From: Candidatus Daviesbacteria bacterium
GTDB lineage: Bacteria; Patescibacteriota; Microgenomatia; Daviesbacterales; UBA10151
NCBI GenBank assembly: GCA_016176335.1
Contig: JACOXI010000004.1
Span: forward strand, 18,303 to 82,302
Direction of reading: 5' to 3'
Length of the DNA stretch: 64,000 nucleotides
Shown: piece after piece, positions 34,861 to 44,484 of the stretch
Position numbering within the stretch: the first letter of the stretch is position 1
Layout: each line of letters opens with the position of its first letter
Notes under the pieces: model-generated
What the model was told of the DNA's origin: nothing
Seen by the model: the letters and a program-made list of their open reading frames with translations, nothing else
Databases searched by the model: none
Position numbers and translations under genes: made by a program

Positions 34861-35412
34861 ATGGATCAAAAAACAAAAAACATTCTGATTAAAACCGCCC
34901 TGTTTATAGTAAGCATCAGTTTTGGCTGGTATCTGGTAAAAAGCGGCATCTTACTTAACTTAATTGCAACAGTTATTCCTTATAAATTTATAGCAGAGTT
35001 TATCGCCGGTGTTCTTTATACTTCTTTTCTAACCTCGCCTATATCCTTGGCCATGCTTTTGGTTATTGCTCAAGAGTCAAACCCCATCATGATTGCTCTA
35101 ATTGGCGGATTGGGGGCCGCTTGTGGAGATCTTTTGATTATAAAATTATTCAGAGACAATAAAAGCGATGTTTTGAGTGTCACAAGACAGCTGCAACTTC
35201 ACAAAATAGACACAATCCTTAAGAAATTTCATCTGGAATTCCTCATTCCCCTAATTGGGGCAGCAATTATTGCTTCTCCTTTCCCTGATGAGATTGGACT
35301 GCTGATGCTTGGGGTGTCAAAATTAACATATGTAAGAATTGCCAAAATAAGTTTTGTCTTAAATTCAGCTGGAATCCTGCTTATTGTGACGCCTATTAAT
35401 TTACTCTCATGA
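34861..35412 (+). CDS. Small polytopic membrane protein, hypothetical
   Basis: 4-5 TM helices. Start of the P-type ATPase overlaps its stop (ATGA). Confidence 0.45.
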   Translation: MDQKTKNILIKTALFIVSISFGWYLVKSGILLNLIATVIPYKFIAEFIAGVLYTSFLTSPISLAMLLVIAQESNPIMIALIGGLGAACGDLLIIKLFRDNKSDVLSVTRQLQLHKIDTILKKFHLEFLIPLIGAAIIASPFPDEIGLLMLGVSKLTYVRIAKISFVLNSAGILLIVTPINLLS

Positions 35413-37727
35413 AAGGATTAACCACCAAGCAAGCCAAAGAGGCACTTTTGCTGTACGGCCCCAATGTACTGCCCAAAAAAGGCGGCTATCCTGCCTTAAA
35501 AATATTTTTAAATCAGTTTAAAAATCCTTTCTCTTATGTTTTGCTTGCTGCTGTAGGATTTGCTTTTATTATTGGCGATAGAATTGACGCTGCTCTTATT
35601 GCCTCAATACTGGTATTAAACACTGCTTTGGGTTTTTGGCAGGAATTTAAAGCTTCCCGTGAGCTTGAAGCTTTAAAAAGCCTGGAAGTGTTATATTGCA
35701 AAGTTTTAAGGGACGGATCTGTAGTTGAGATTCCCTCATCTTCGTTGGTCCCCAAAGATATAGTCATTTTGGAAGCAGGAGATAAGGTTCCCGCAGACGG
35801 GAAAGCAATTGAAACATACTCTTTGCAAATTAATGAAGCAATCTTAAGCGGTGAATCTTTGCCGGTTGTGAAGGGTATCAAAGAGGGAGAAAATGCCCTT
35901 TTTCTAGGAACAACGGTGGCAGCGGGCAGAGGTAAATTTGAAGTTTTGAAAACAGGGTCTAACAGCCGTTTTGGTGGTATTGCCCGGTCTTTGACCGAGC
36001 TGGAAGACGAGAAAACTCCTTTGGAGATATCTTTGTCAAAACTTATCAAAAAAGTGGCAATTATTGTTTTATTGGTATCTGCCTTGATATTTTTCACCAG
36101 GTTCCTGCAAGGATTTGAGCCAAAAGAGGCATTCTTAACCAGTATTGCTTTGATGGTTGCTGCAGTTCCTGAAGGCTTGCCTGCTGTGGTGACCATAGTT
36201 TTGGCACTGGGAGTGCGTAAGATGTATGGCAAACATGCCCTAGTGCGCAAAATGATTGCGGTGGAATCCTTGGGAGGAGCAACCGTTATTTTGACAGACA
36301 AAACAGGTACTTTAACAAAAAACCAGATGCGGGTGCAAAATGTCAGAAGTGTTAAAGGAAAAGAAGTTAATTTATTCAAGTGCGCTGTACTTTGCAACAG
36401 CGCCAACTTGGTTTTAAAAGAAGATGGTTCTTCAGCTGAAGAATTTGACATACTGGGTGACACAACAGAGGGTGCACTGCTTCTTTGGGCAAAAGATCAG
36501 GGTAAAGATATTGATCTTTTAAGATCTGAAGGAAAACTTGTTGAGGAAATCCCCTTTTCTTTGCAAGCGAGAAAAATGACTGTTGTTTGGGAACATCATG
36601 GCAAAAAGACAACCTATACCAAAGGCGCACCCGAGGTGATCTTAAAAGAAGTTAAATTGAGCGAGAAAGATTTGGAATTTTGGGATCAGGAATATCAGAA
36701 AATGGCCTCCAAAGGTTTGAGGGTTTTAGCATTCTCTGAAGATCGCGAGTTTTTAGGATTGGTGGGCATTGCCGATCAAATAAGAGATGAAGCCAAAGAG
36801 GCCATCAGGATTGCCAAAGGTGCAGGAATTAAGATTGCCATGGTCACAGGAGATAATGAGCTGACAGCAAAAACTGTGGCAGAAGAGCTTGGACTTTTAG
36901 GCAAGGGAGATGAGGTTTTGACAGGAGGCCAGCTTGCTTTGTTAACTGATGATGAGTTAAAGAATAGACTTGCTAAAGTTTCAGTTTATGCCAGGATCAC
37001 CCCCCAGGACAAATTAAGACTGGTGAAAGTTTTCCAAAGCATGGGAGAAGTGGTGGCAGTGACTGGTGACGGAGTAAATGATTCTTTGGCACTAAAATCG
37101 GCCCAAATTGGAGTTTCTATGGGGAAAGTAGGCTCGGATGTGGCCAAGGAAGCATCTGATATAGTTTTGCTGGACGATAATTTTGCCACCCTTATTGTAG
37201 CTATTGAACAGGGAAGGTCAATTTATGCAAATATTTTAAAAGTTATTAAATTTTTGCTGACCGGAAATTTTTCCGAGATTTTACTTATTGGGGTGGCTTC
37301 TTTTTTGGCACTTCCTTCTCCCCTTTTGCCGGTACAAATTCTTTGGATTAATTTTGTCACCGACGGCTTGCCTGCCCTGGCCTTGGGATTTGATACTCCC
37401 TCATCTCACATTATGAAAATTTCTCCGCAAAAGGAGAACAATATCTTAAATCGTTCGATGGTTAGCTATATCTTAACAGGAGGTTTGACAATTGCCGCCA
37501 TCTGTCTTGTGACCTTTTATTTTGTATATCAAAATCTTGGCTTGCCTGAAGCTCGGGCTTGGGTTTTTTCAACCATGGTTGTTTTACAGATGGCGTTGCC
37601 ATTTATAATCAGAAGGCACCATTCAATTACTTCCAATAAAAAACTGTTAGGAGCTGTTATTTTGATGTTGGTGCTGCAAGCTTTAATTGTGACTGTGCCG
37701 CAGTTGGGAAGGATGTTTGGAATTTAA
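35409..37727 (+). CDS. Cation-transporting P-type ATPase (type II, Ca2+/Mg2+-like)
   Basis: Phosphorylation motif DKTGTLT, PEGLP in TM4, hinge VTGDGVNDSLAL, 10 TM organisation. Confidence 0.9.
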   Translation: MKGLTTKQAKEALLLYGPNVLPKKGGYPALKIFLNQFKNPFSYVLLAAVGFAFIIGDRIDAALIASILVLNTALGFWQEFKASRELEALKSLEVLYCKVLRDGSVVEIPSSSLVPKDIVILEAGDKVPADGKAIETYSLQINEAILSGESLPVVKGIKEGENALFLGTTVAAGRGKFEVLKTGSNSRFGGIARSLTELEDEKTPLEISLSKLIKKVAIIVLLVSALIFFTRFLQGFEPKEAFLTSIALMVAAVPEGLPAVVTIVLALGVRKMYGKHALVRKMIAVESLGGATVILTDKTGTLTKNQMRVQNVRSVKGKEVNLFKCAVLCNSANLVLKEDGSSAEEFDILGDTTEGALLLWAKDQGKDIDLLRSEGKLVEEIPFSLQARKMTVVWEHHGKKTTYTKGAPEVILKEVKLSEKDLEFWDQEYQKMASKGLRVLAFSEDREFLGLVGIADQIRDEAKEAIRIAKGAGIKIAMVTGDNELTAKTVAEELGLLGKGDEVLTGGQLALLTDDELKNRLAKVSVYARITPQDKLRLVKVFQSMGEVVAVTGDGVNDSLALKSAQIGVSMGKVGSDVAKEASDIVLLDDNFATLIVAIEQGRSIYANILKVIKFLLTGNFSEILLIGVASFLALPSPLLPVQILWINFVTDGLPALALGFDTPSSHIMKISPQKENNILNRSMVSYILTGGLTIAAICLVTFYFVYQNLGLPEARAWVFSTMVVLQMALPFIIRRHHSITSNKKLLGAVILMLVLQALIVTVPQLGRMFGI

Positions 37728-37743
37728 ATAGGAAGCAAATAAA

Positions 37744-37956
37744 CTACACTGTTGGTTTACCTGCCAGGCCATAAATAAAAAGATCGTTTACCAGCCCGAT
37801 TGCCTGGTAAGGCCAGCTTAAAATAACACTGTAGAATCCGGGCGAGAGAAAAGATAGAAATGGCCATCTGTAATAAATTGCAAAAATTATGGCAAAAATG
37901 AAGCCTATGGTGAAATAGCCAATTGCTATATTTGAAATCAGTTTACCTTTACCCAT
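37744..37956 (+). CDS. Small hydrophobic hypothetical protein (70 aa)
   Basis: Two predicted TM helices. No other support. Confidence 0.25.
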
Positions 37957-37959
37957 AAA

Positions 37960-40533
37960 TTAATCGCCATTTTTAGCATCAGCTGTTTTTTCTTTAGATG
38001 AAACAGTTGTTGCCGCCGCCACTTTTTCCCCTGCTCTTACCCTCATTAAAATCACTCCTTGGGTTTGTCTCTGCAGGGTTGGAACTTCTTTAAGGCTCAT
38101 TTTAATCAGCTGACCTTTGGTTGAGGTTAAAACCAACGTATCTTTGGATTTGTCCACAATCTGGGCTGTCACTATCTGACCTGTTTTAGCAGTAATTTGT
38201 GCCGCTTTCACTCCTTGCCCTCCCCTTCCCTGCCTTGACCAGCCTGTTGTTTTAGTTTTCTTTCCTAAACCATTTTCCATCACTACCAAAAGCTCTCCCT
38301 CGATCTTCCCTAATGTATTTAAAGATACCACCTCATCATCTTTTCCAAGCCTTATGCCTCTAACTCCAGATGTATCTCTATGAGTGGGTTTAACCCCTTT
38401 TTCCCAAAACCTGATAGACTTACCTTTTTTGGAAACAATGATGACATCATCATTCCCTGTTGTTGGGGCAACCCAACCCAAAATATCACCCGGGTCAAGC
38501 TTGATTGCAACCAAGCCACTTTTTCTGATATTGGCATATTCATCTAAAGAAGTTTTTTTAACAGTGCCGCGCCCGGTACACATAAAGAAGTATTTGGCGC
38601 TTTCACGGTTTCCTCGGGTGGTCAACACAGCAGTAACTTTCTCCTCTTGTTCAACATTAATCAGATTTACAATGGCTTGACCTTTGGCCGCCCTTTGAGT
38701 TTCAGGAATTTCCCAAACTTTAATTTGGAAAACCCTACCTTTATCTGTAAAAAATAATAAACTGTCATGGGTCTGGGTATAGAAGATATGGGACACTGCA
38801 TCTGTTTCTTTGGTGGAGATCCCCATCACTCCTTTTCCACCCCGCTGTTGTGTCCTAAAAGAGTGAGGAGCTTGTCTTTTGATATATCCCCCCTCGGTGA
38901 TGGTGACAATAGTGATCTCATTTGGTACCAAATCTTCCTCGTTAAACTCACCAATTTTTTGTTTATAAACCCTTGTTCTTCTGTCATCGGCATACTTTTC
39001 TTTAATTCTGACAAGTTCCTCTTTGATCACTTTCAGGATTTTTTCAGGGTGGAGAAGCAAGTCCTCAAGGTAGGCAATCAGTTCTTTAACCATCTTTAGT
39101 TCATCTTCAATCTTTTGCCGCTCCAGCGCAGCCAGACGCCGCAGTTGCATGTCTAAAATAGCAACAGACTGGATCTCCGTAAGCTTAAATTTAACCATCA
39201 AATTCTGCTTTGCAGAATCCGCATCCTTACTTTTTTTGATGGTTTCAATGACCTCGTCAATATGCAAAACAGCGATTTGTAATCCTTCCAAGATATGTTC
39301 CCTGGCGCGAGCTTCGCTCAACTCAAATTCAGACCTTCTTCGCACAATAGTTTGCCTGTGTCTTATAAACTCCTCCAAAATGTGTTTTAAGGTCAAAAGG
39401 TGCGGGACTCCGTCAACCAAAGCAACCAAATTAACATTAAATACAGATTGCATGGCTGTTGATTTATAGAGGTTGTTTAAGAGGGATTGGGGTTTGGCAT
39501 CCCTTTTTAGATCAAACACGATCCGAACCATTTGTTTTCTGTCTGATTCGTCCCGCAAATCCCCAATCCCCTCCAGTTTTTTGTCTTTTACCATGTCTGC
39601 AATTCTGGCAATTAATGTTGCTTTGTTAACTTGGTACGGAAGTTCCGAGACAATAATCTGCATTTTTCCTGCCGGCGTCTCATCAATTTCCGCTTTTGCT
39701 CTTATGACAATCCGCCCCTTCCCTGTGCCATAGGCTGCCAAAATTTCACTTTGATCATAAATTGAGCCTCCTGTTGGAAAGTCTGGGCCTTTGACAAATC
39801 GCACCAGGTCTTCAACAGTAGCAGCAGAAGAAAAGCTATCAGTCTTCAGTACCGCTTCGCCCGCCTTTGGCGAGGCTTCGCTCTCCGTCGTCAGATCTGA
39901 TGACTGATGACTGATGACTGATGACTCTTTTGCCGGGTGTTCTATCATATAAATTAGGGCATCGCACACCTCCCCCAAGTTATGCGGCGGGATTTGAGTT
40001 GCCATACCAACAGCAATACCGGAGGCGCCATTAAGCAGTAAATTAGGTATAACAGATGGGAGTACAACAGGTTCTTGTATAGTTCCTGAATAATTATCCA
40101 CAAAATCAACGGTATTTTTGCCAATATCCCGCAGTAATTCCCCGGAGATTGCTGCCAACCGTGCTTCCGTATACCTCATGGCTGCAGGTGAATCCCCATC
40201 AATAGATCCAAAATTTCCCTGTCCGTCAATCAACATATATCTCATGGAGAAATTTTGAGCCATCCTGACCATGGCCTCATAAACCGGAGCATCGCCGTGC
40301 GGGTGTAAATTCTTCAAAACCTCACCAACCACAGCTGCACTTTTTTGATATCTAGACGTGTGGTGTAATCCCTGCTCATGCATGGCAAAAACAATTCTTC
40401 TTTGCACGGGCTTTAAGCCGTCCCGCACATCAGGCAGGGCGCGGGACACAATAACAGACATGGCATAGTCAAGGTATGACCTTTTCATCTCTTCTATAAT
40501 TGGAGATGGTTGTATTTTGCCGATGTTTGCCAT
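37960..40533 (-). CDS. gyrA: DNA gyrase subunit A, with a ~30-aa in-frame insertion containing a (tgatgac)x4 tandem and a GC-rich palindromic segment
   Basis: N-terminal [10 protein letters not shown] and [11 protein letters not shown]-terminal beta-pinwheel repeats. Insertion [31 protein letters not shown] lies before GPDFPTGG, encoded at about 39840-39925. Confidence 0.9.
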   Translation of the reverse strand: MANIGKIQPSPIIEEMKRSYLDYAMSVIVSRALPDVRDGLKPVQRRIVFAMHEQGLHHTSRYQKSAAVVGEVLKNLHPHGDAPVYEAMVRMAQNFSMRYMLIDGQGNFGSIDGDSPAAMRYTEARLAAISGELLRDIGKNTVDFVDNYSGTIQEPVVLPSVIPNLLLNGASGIAVGMATQIPPHNLGEVCDALIYMIEHPAKESSVISHQSSDLTTESEASPKAGEAVLKTDSFSSAATVEDLVRFVKGPDFPTGGSIYDQSEILAAYGTGKGRIVIRAKAEIDETPAGKMQIIVSELPYQVNKATLIARIADMVKDKKLEGIGDLRDESDRKQMVRIVFDLKRDAKPQSLLNNLYKSTAMQSVFNVNLVALVDGVPHLLTLKHILEEFIRHRQTIVRRRSEFELSEARAREHILEGLQIAVLHIDEVIETIKKSKDADSAKQNLMVKFKLTEIQSVAILDMQLRRLAALERQKIEDELKMVKELIAYLEDLLLHPEKILKVIKEELVRIKEKYADDRRTRVYKQKIGEFNEEDLVPNEITIVTITEGGYIKRQAPHSFRTQQRGGKGVMGISTKETDAVSHIFYTQTHDSLLFFTDKGRVFQIKVWEIPETQRAAKGQAIVNLINVEQEEKVTAVLTTRGNRESAKYFFMCTGRGTVKKTSLDEYANIRKSGLVAIKLDPGDILGWVAPTTGNDDVIIVSKKGKSIRFWEKGVKPTHRDTSGVRGIRLGKDDEVVSLNTLGKIEGELLVVMENGLGKKTKTTGWSRQGRGGQGVKAAQITAKTGQIVTAQIVDKSKDTLVLTSTKGQLIKMSLKEVPTLQRQTQGVILMRVRAGEKVAAATTVSSKEKTADAKNGD

Positions 40534-40608
40534 TGTTGAGGATCAAAAAAGAGCTTAACGCTCTGGTTTGATTATATCGCTTTTAGGAATGCAGAGCAAG
40601 AAGAATAT

Positions 40609-40637
40609 TTGCTATTTAGTCCTATAGGCTATATAAT
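40609..40637 (+). promoter_or_regulatory. Candidate promoter TTGCTA-17nt-TATAAT, with ATG 7 nt downstream (leaderless)
   Basis: TTGCTA at 40609-40614, exact 17-nt spacer, TATAAT at 40632-40637. ATG at 40644. Confidence 0.45.
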
Positions 40638-40643
40638 GCTGAC

Positions 40644-41405
40644 ATGAATGAACTTGATAGACAAGCTTTGGATGAATTTCGGCACGAGCATGAGGATGTG
40701 CGACCGAATCCTGGACAGGGCAGAAGATTATTAAGGGCCACATTAAAAACCAAAGAAGCAATGCTCCGAAGTATTAAGTCAGGTGATGTCGAATTAAAAG
40801 GAGAATTGCTTGATTGTCGAGCCTGGCTATTTGCAACATATCAAAAGGTGCCCTCTCTTCCTCATCTTTGTGCTGCATATTCAATAGATTTGATTGAATT
40901 AGTTGTGACGAGAGGATACCTTGAACCTCTTTTAGAAAAAATAAAAAGGATGCCATATCTGTCCACTAAGGAGGACATCGTAGAAGCAGTTAGTTGGTGT
41001 GACATTATGCAGGGTGGAACGCTTACATTAGGTCATATTTATGCTGCGGAAAGAGAAATTGAGGGTGTAAGTGAACAGGCAATTGCTGCAACAGCCACTT
41101 TGGTGACGCAGAACGAAGGTGACGCAGCTCAATTATATCTTAAGTTACAGCCAGGTTTAAAAGCTCTCTCTACCGAGGCAGCCCAGTTGTTGTTAGGTGA
41201 CAAAGGACGAACAGGTCTTCCATTATTGGAGGCGCAAGTACAAAAATTAGAAAGAGTCAAATTAGGAAAAGGAGAGATTCCTCTACCCTTACCTTATCAC
41301 CCATTTCAAATAGTTAGTATGCTTTTAGCAGGAGCAGAAATGGCTAGAGACTCTTATCAGGTTCTTTACCCTATTGCAGAACAACTACCTCCATACAGAC
41401 CTTAA
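40644..41405 (+). CDS. Hypothetical soluble protein, compositionally distinct (higher GC)
   Basis: 253-aa ORF with no TM segments and no recognisable motif. Visibly higher GC than its neighbours. Confidence 0.5.
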   Translation: MNELDRQALDEFRHEHEDVRPNPGQGRRLLRATLKTKEAMLRSIKSGDVELKGELLDCRAWLFATYQKVPSLPHLCAAYSIDLIELVVTRGYLEPLLEKIKRMPYLSTKEDIVEAVSWCDIMQGGTLTLGHIYAAEREIEGVSEQAIAATATLVTQNEGDAAQLYLKLQPGLKALSTEAAQLLLGDKGRTGLPLLEAQVQKLERVKLGKGEIPLPLPYHPFQIVSMLLAGAEMARDSYQVLYPIAEQLPPYRP

Positions 41406-42058
41406 CTTTTTCCTGATATTTTTTTCCAGACTCTGAATGGATATTTTTTAGGCCAATTACGCCAGGCCTGTTTGTCTCTGTAAAGAGGAAATTCACTCTT
41501 TTTGACCCAATGAAGTTTATCAGGATCACGAATATGGTCAACAAAAACTTTGCCGTTTAGATGGTCAATTTCGTGCTGGAAAATTCTGGCTATATAACCT
41601 TTGTGTGTCTCGTTTACCAATCTTCCATCAGTCCCATAAGCATGGATTTTGATTGATGTTGGGCGGGAGACAATGCCGCAAACCCTGCCCATCGAATAAC
41701 ATCCTTCATACCACTCCCCTTTTTGTTTTGCAGTCCATGTGATTTCTGGATTGATGTAGATATGTAAATCTCCAACTTTTCCTCGCCCGCAACGCCTCGC
41801 AAGCTCGTCTTGCGTGGCGGGCAGGCCTTTTCCATCAGCCTTTACATCCACCAAAATTATTCTTTTGGAAATGCCGATTTGCGGTGCAGCCAAACCCACC
41901 ATGATAGGTTTGGTTGGATCCTTCTGCTCCCCATAGGCTACGTTTAGCATGGTTTGGATAATATTTTGAATTGTTTTAGAATTGATTTCAGATCTGGGGA
42001 TTTCTTTGGCAATTTTTGAAAGAACCGGATCATTTGGCTTAAGAAATGGATTTCTCAT
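41402..42058 (-). CDS. def: Peptide deformylase with a ~20-aa GC-rich in-frame insertion
   Basis: PDF motifs GLAAPQIG, EGCYS, HEIDHLNG. Insertion GLPATQDELARRCGRGKVGDL is encoded by cctcgcccgcaacgcctcgcaagctcgtcttgcgtggcgggcagg at about 41790-41835. Confidence 0.8.
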   Translation of the reverse strand: MRNPFLKPNDPVLSKIAKEIPRSEINSKTIQNIIQTMLNVAYGEQKDPTKPIMVGLAAPQIGISKRIILVDVKADGKGLPATQDELARRCGRGKVGDLHIYINPEITWTAKQKGEWYEGCYSMGRVCGIVSRPTSIKIHAYGTDGRLVNETHKGYIARIFQHEIDHLNGKVFVDHIRDPDKLHWVKKSEFPLYRDKQAWRNWPKKYPFRVWKKISGKS

Positions 42059-42061
42059 TTT

Positions 42062-43243
42062 GTGTATTCAGAGTATAATACCAGCATGGTCAAATTAAAA
42101 ATCGGGTTATTTTTTGGAGGAAGATCTACAGAACATGAAATTTCGGTTTTAACCGCACTCCAAACTTATGAGAATCTGGACTTGTCTAAATGCGAAGTAA
42201 TTCCTGTGTATGTAAGTAAGGCAGGAGATTTTTACACAAATCCGAAATTTTTGGAATTAAAAAATTTTCAAGATGTGGAATCTCTCCTGCTTGCCTCTAC
42301 CAAAGTAGTCTTTGTTAAAGGGGGGTTAAAAACTGCGGGCTTTTTCGGAAAAACTATCCCTTTGGATGTGGCATTATTGGCGTTTCATGGGTCTTTTGGG
42401 GAGGATGGTTGTGTCCAAGGTTTACTGGAAATGTATCAGATACCCTACACAGGCTTTAATGTTTTAGCTTCTGCTGTGGCTATGGATAAAGTTTTGTCCA
42501 AAGCTTTATTTAAGGAACTGGGATTGCCTGTTGGTGAATATGTGGAAGTTAAAAGAGCAGACTGGCTTTCTGATTCAAAAAGTGCTTTAAAAAAGATTCA
42601 AAATAAGTTGGAGTATCCCCTATTTATAAAACCTGCCACAATTGGTTCGTCCATCGGGGTAAGCAAAGCCAAAGATGAAGACTCCTTCAGCTTTGCTTTG
42701 GAGGTGGCTTTTACATATTCTGAAAAAGTTGTGGTGGAAGAAGCTTTTGAAGGAAAAATTGAGGTAAACTGTTCCGCTTTGGGTTATGAGGATGTTAAAG
42801 CATCTGTTTGTGAGATGCCGGTTGCATCAGAGGAAATTTTATCTTTTGCTGATAAATATCAAAGGGGCGGAGGTAAGGGTAGCAAAGGTGCTGGTATGGC
42901 TGCTCTTTCCAGAATTATTCCTGCTCCAATCAGCCAGAGGCTGACTTTGCAGATACAGGAAGCAACAATTAAAGTTTTTAAAGCTTTGGATGGTTGTGGG
43001 GTGGCAAGAATTGATTATTTTGTGGATAAGAAAAATGAGAAGTTTTGGATTAATGAGATTAACTCCCCGCCCGGTTCTTTTGCTTTTTATCTTTGGGAAA
43101 AATCAGGGATTAAGTTTTCTAAACTTTTGGATATGTTAATAGAATATGCCTTAAAGCGCGCAGGCAACCAAAGCAAAACCCAATACATATTTGAAAGCGG
43201 TCTGCTTTCCCAAATGGCCCAAAAAGGCGGAGTAAAAAGTTAA
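42062..43243 (+). CDS. ddl: D-alanine--D-alanine ligase
   Basis: ATP-grasp organisation: HGSFGEDG, KPATIGSSIGVSKA, EINSPPGS. Carries a Gly/Lys-rich insertion QRGGGKGSKGAG. Confidence 0.85.
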   Translation: MYSEYNTSMVKLKIGLFFGGRSTEHEISVLTALQTYENLDLSKCEVIPVYVSKAGDFYTNPKFLELKNFQDVESLLLASTKVVFVKGGLKTAGFFGKTIPLDVALLAFHGSFGEDGCVQGLLEMYQIPYTGFNVLASAVAMDKVLSKALFKELGLPVGEYVEVKRADWLSDSKSALKKIQNKLEYPLFIKPATIGSSIGVSKAKDEDSFSFALEVAFTYSEKVVVEEAFEGKIEVNCSALGYEDVKASVCEMPVASEEILSFADKYQRGGGKGSKGAGMAALSRIIPAPISQRLTLQIQEATIKVFKALDGCGVARIDYFVDKKNEKFWINEINSPPGSFAFYLWEKSGIKFSKLLDMLIEYALKRAGNQSKTQYIFESGLLSQMAQKGGVKS

Positions 43244-43274
43244 TATTTTAATAACATATTGACAATACAAATTT

Positions 43275-44204
43275 ATGGATTACTATCAAAGTAATATGCC
43301 TGATGGTAGTAGTCAAAATTCCTCTCAAGATCATACCTTAGTTGAGGTAATAAATGAGGTCAATAGCGATCCCATTATAAGACAGCGATTAATGAGGCGT
43401 TTAGTGGAAAAAACTGGTAGACATGTAATAAGCTATGTGTCTTCTAATGCTCCCCTTCCCCAAGCTTTTATTAACGATTGGGATGCAGAAATAATTGAAA
43501 ACATTCTAAAAAGTTACGGAAGTAAATTTGAGAAAATAGATTTAATTTTACACAGTGGTGGAGGTTTCGCTGAGTCTGCGGAAAGAATCGTTAATAGCAT
43601 GTATAGCTACTGTAAGGATTTTCGGGTCATTATTCCTACTCAAGCAAAAAGTGCAGCCACTATAGTTGCTATGGGATCAAGCAAAATACTAATGAGCGAT
43701 ACTTCTGAGATCGGTTCTATTGATCCGCAACTACCTAATGGTATTGCTGCCCAGTCCGTAATAAAAGCATATGAAGAATTAATGCAAACAATAGAAGAAA
43801 AACAGCAGGATGGCAAACCATATGAAGCAGAATTAGTACTGATTAATAAAATTGATCCAGTATTGTTAAGAGAATGTCGTAAATATATGGATTTAGCCCA
43901 AGATATAGCATCTAAATTATTGAATAAGAAAATGCGATCAAAAAGAAATCCTATAAATGTTGATGAAATAGGGATGAATTTTTTAGATGATAGTAGAACC
44001 TTCTCCCATGGAAGATTAATTGGCTGGGAGGCAGCAAAAGATCTAGGTCTTAAGATTAAATATATTGATAAAAATGATGAGATTTGGAAGCTCGTCTGGG
44101 AAATTTATATAAGATCTAAAATAGCAATAGAAAGAAGTATGTTAGCAAAAATTATCGAAGATCAAAATAATTCATTGAATCCTGGACAATTGCCTGTAAG
44201 ATAG
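43275..44204 (+). CDS. SDH-type (serine dehydrogenase proteinase, PF01972-like) ClpP/S49-fold peptidase
   Basis: LILHSGGGFAESAERI ... AKSAATIVAMGSSKILM matches the ClpP-fold SDH protease signature. AT-rich gene. Confidence 0.55.
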   Translation: MDYYQSNMPDGSSQNSSQDHTLVEVINEVNSDPIIRQRLMRRLVEKTGRHVISYVSSNAPLPQAFINDWDAEIIENILKSYGSKFEKIDLILHSGGGFAESAERIVNSMYSYCKDFRVIIPTQAKSAATIVAMGSSKILMSDTSEIGSIDPQLPNGIAAQSVIKAYEELMQTIEEKQQDGKPYEAELVLINKIDPVLLRECRKYMDLAQDIASKLLNKKMRSKRNPINVDEIGMNFLDDSRTFSHGRLIGWEAAKDLGLKIKYIDKNDEIWKLVWEIYIRSKIAIERSMLAKIIEDQNNSLNPGQLPVR

Positions 44205-44414
44205 AGGTAGGCTAACTTTAGTTGATCCTTTAGTTGGTGATGATTCTGGAAAAGTAAAACTCGAATCAATAATATTTTTATTGTTAAATTTATTAATTTT
44301 TTCAATTTTATCTAATAGATCAATGACTCTTTTGTAAGGGATGCCAGCAGCCTGTTTTATAGTATTTTTATCTTTCATATTGATAACCATATCCATATTA
44401 CAATAAAAAGTCAA
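44172..44414 (-). CDS. Small hypothetical protein (possible HTH)
   Basis: 80-aa ORF convergent with the SDH peptidase. NTIKQAAGIPYKRVIDLL is weakly HTH-like. Start uncertain. Confidence 0.2.
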   Translation of the reverse strand: MTFYCNMDMVINMKDKNTIKQAAGIPYKRVIDLLDKIEKINKFNNKNIIDSSFTFPESSPTKGSTKVSLPLSYRQLSRIQ

Positions 44415-44484
44415 GAATTCATAGTTAGCAAGTTGGCATAAAATACAAATACTTTAATGAAAAATTAATTATAAAGATGTAAGT

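Noticed and set aside
35534-36463. 309-aa antisense ORF inside the P-type ATPase gene
   Set aside because: No motifs and Ser/Thr/Pro-rich low-complexity translation. The opposite strand encodes an unambiguous P-type ATPase (DKTGTLT, GDGVNDS), so this is a spurious antisense ORF.
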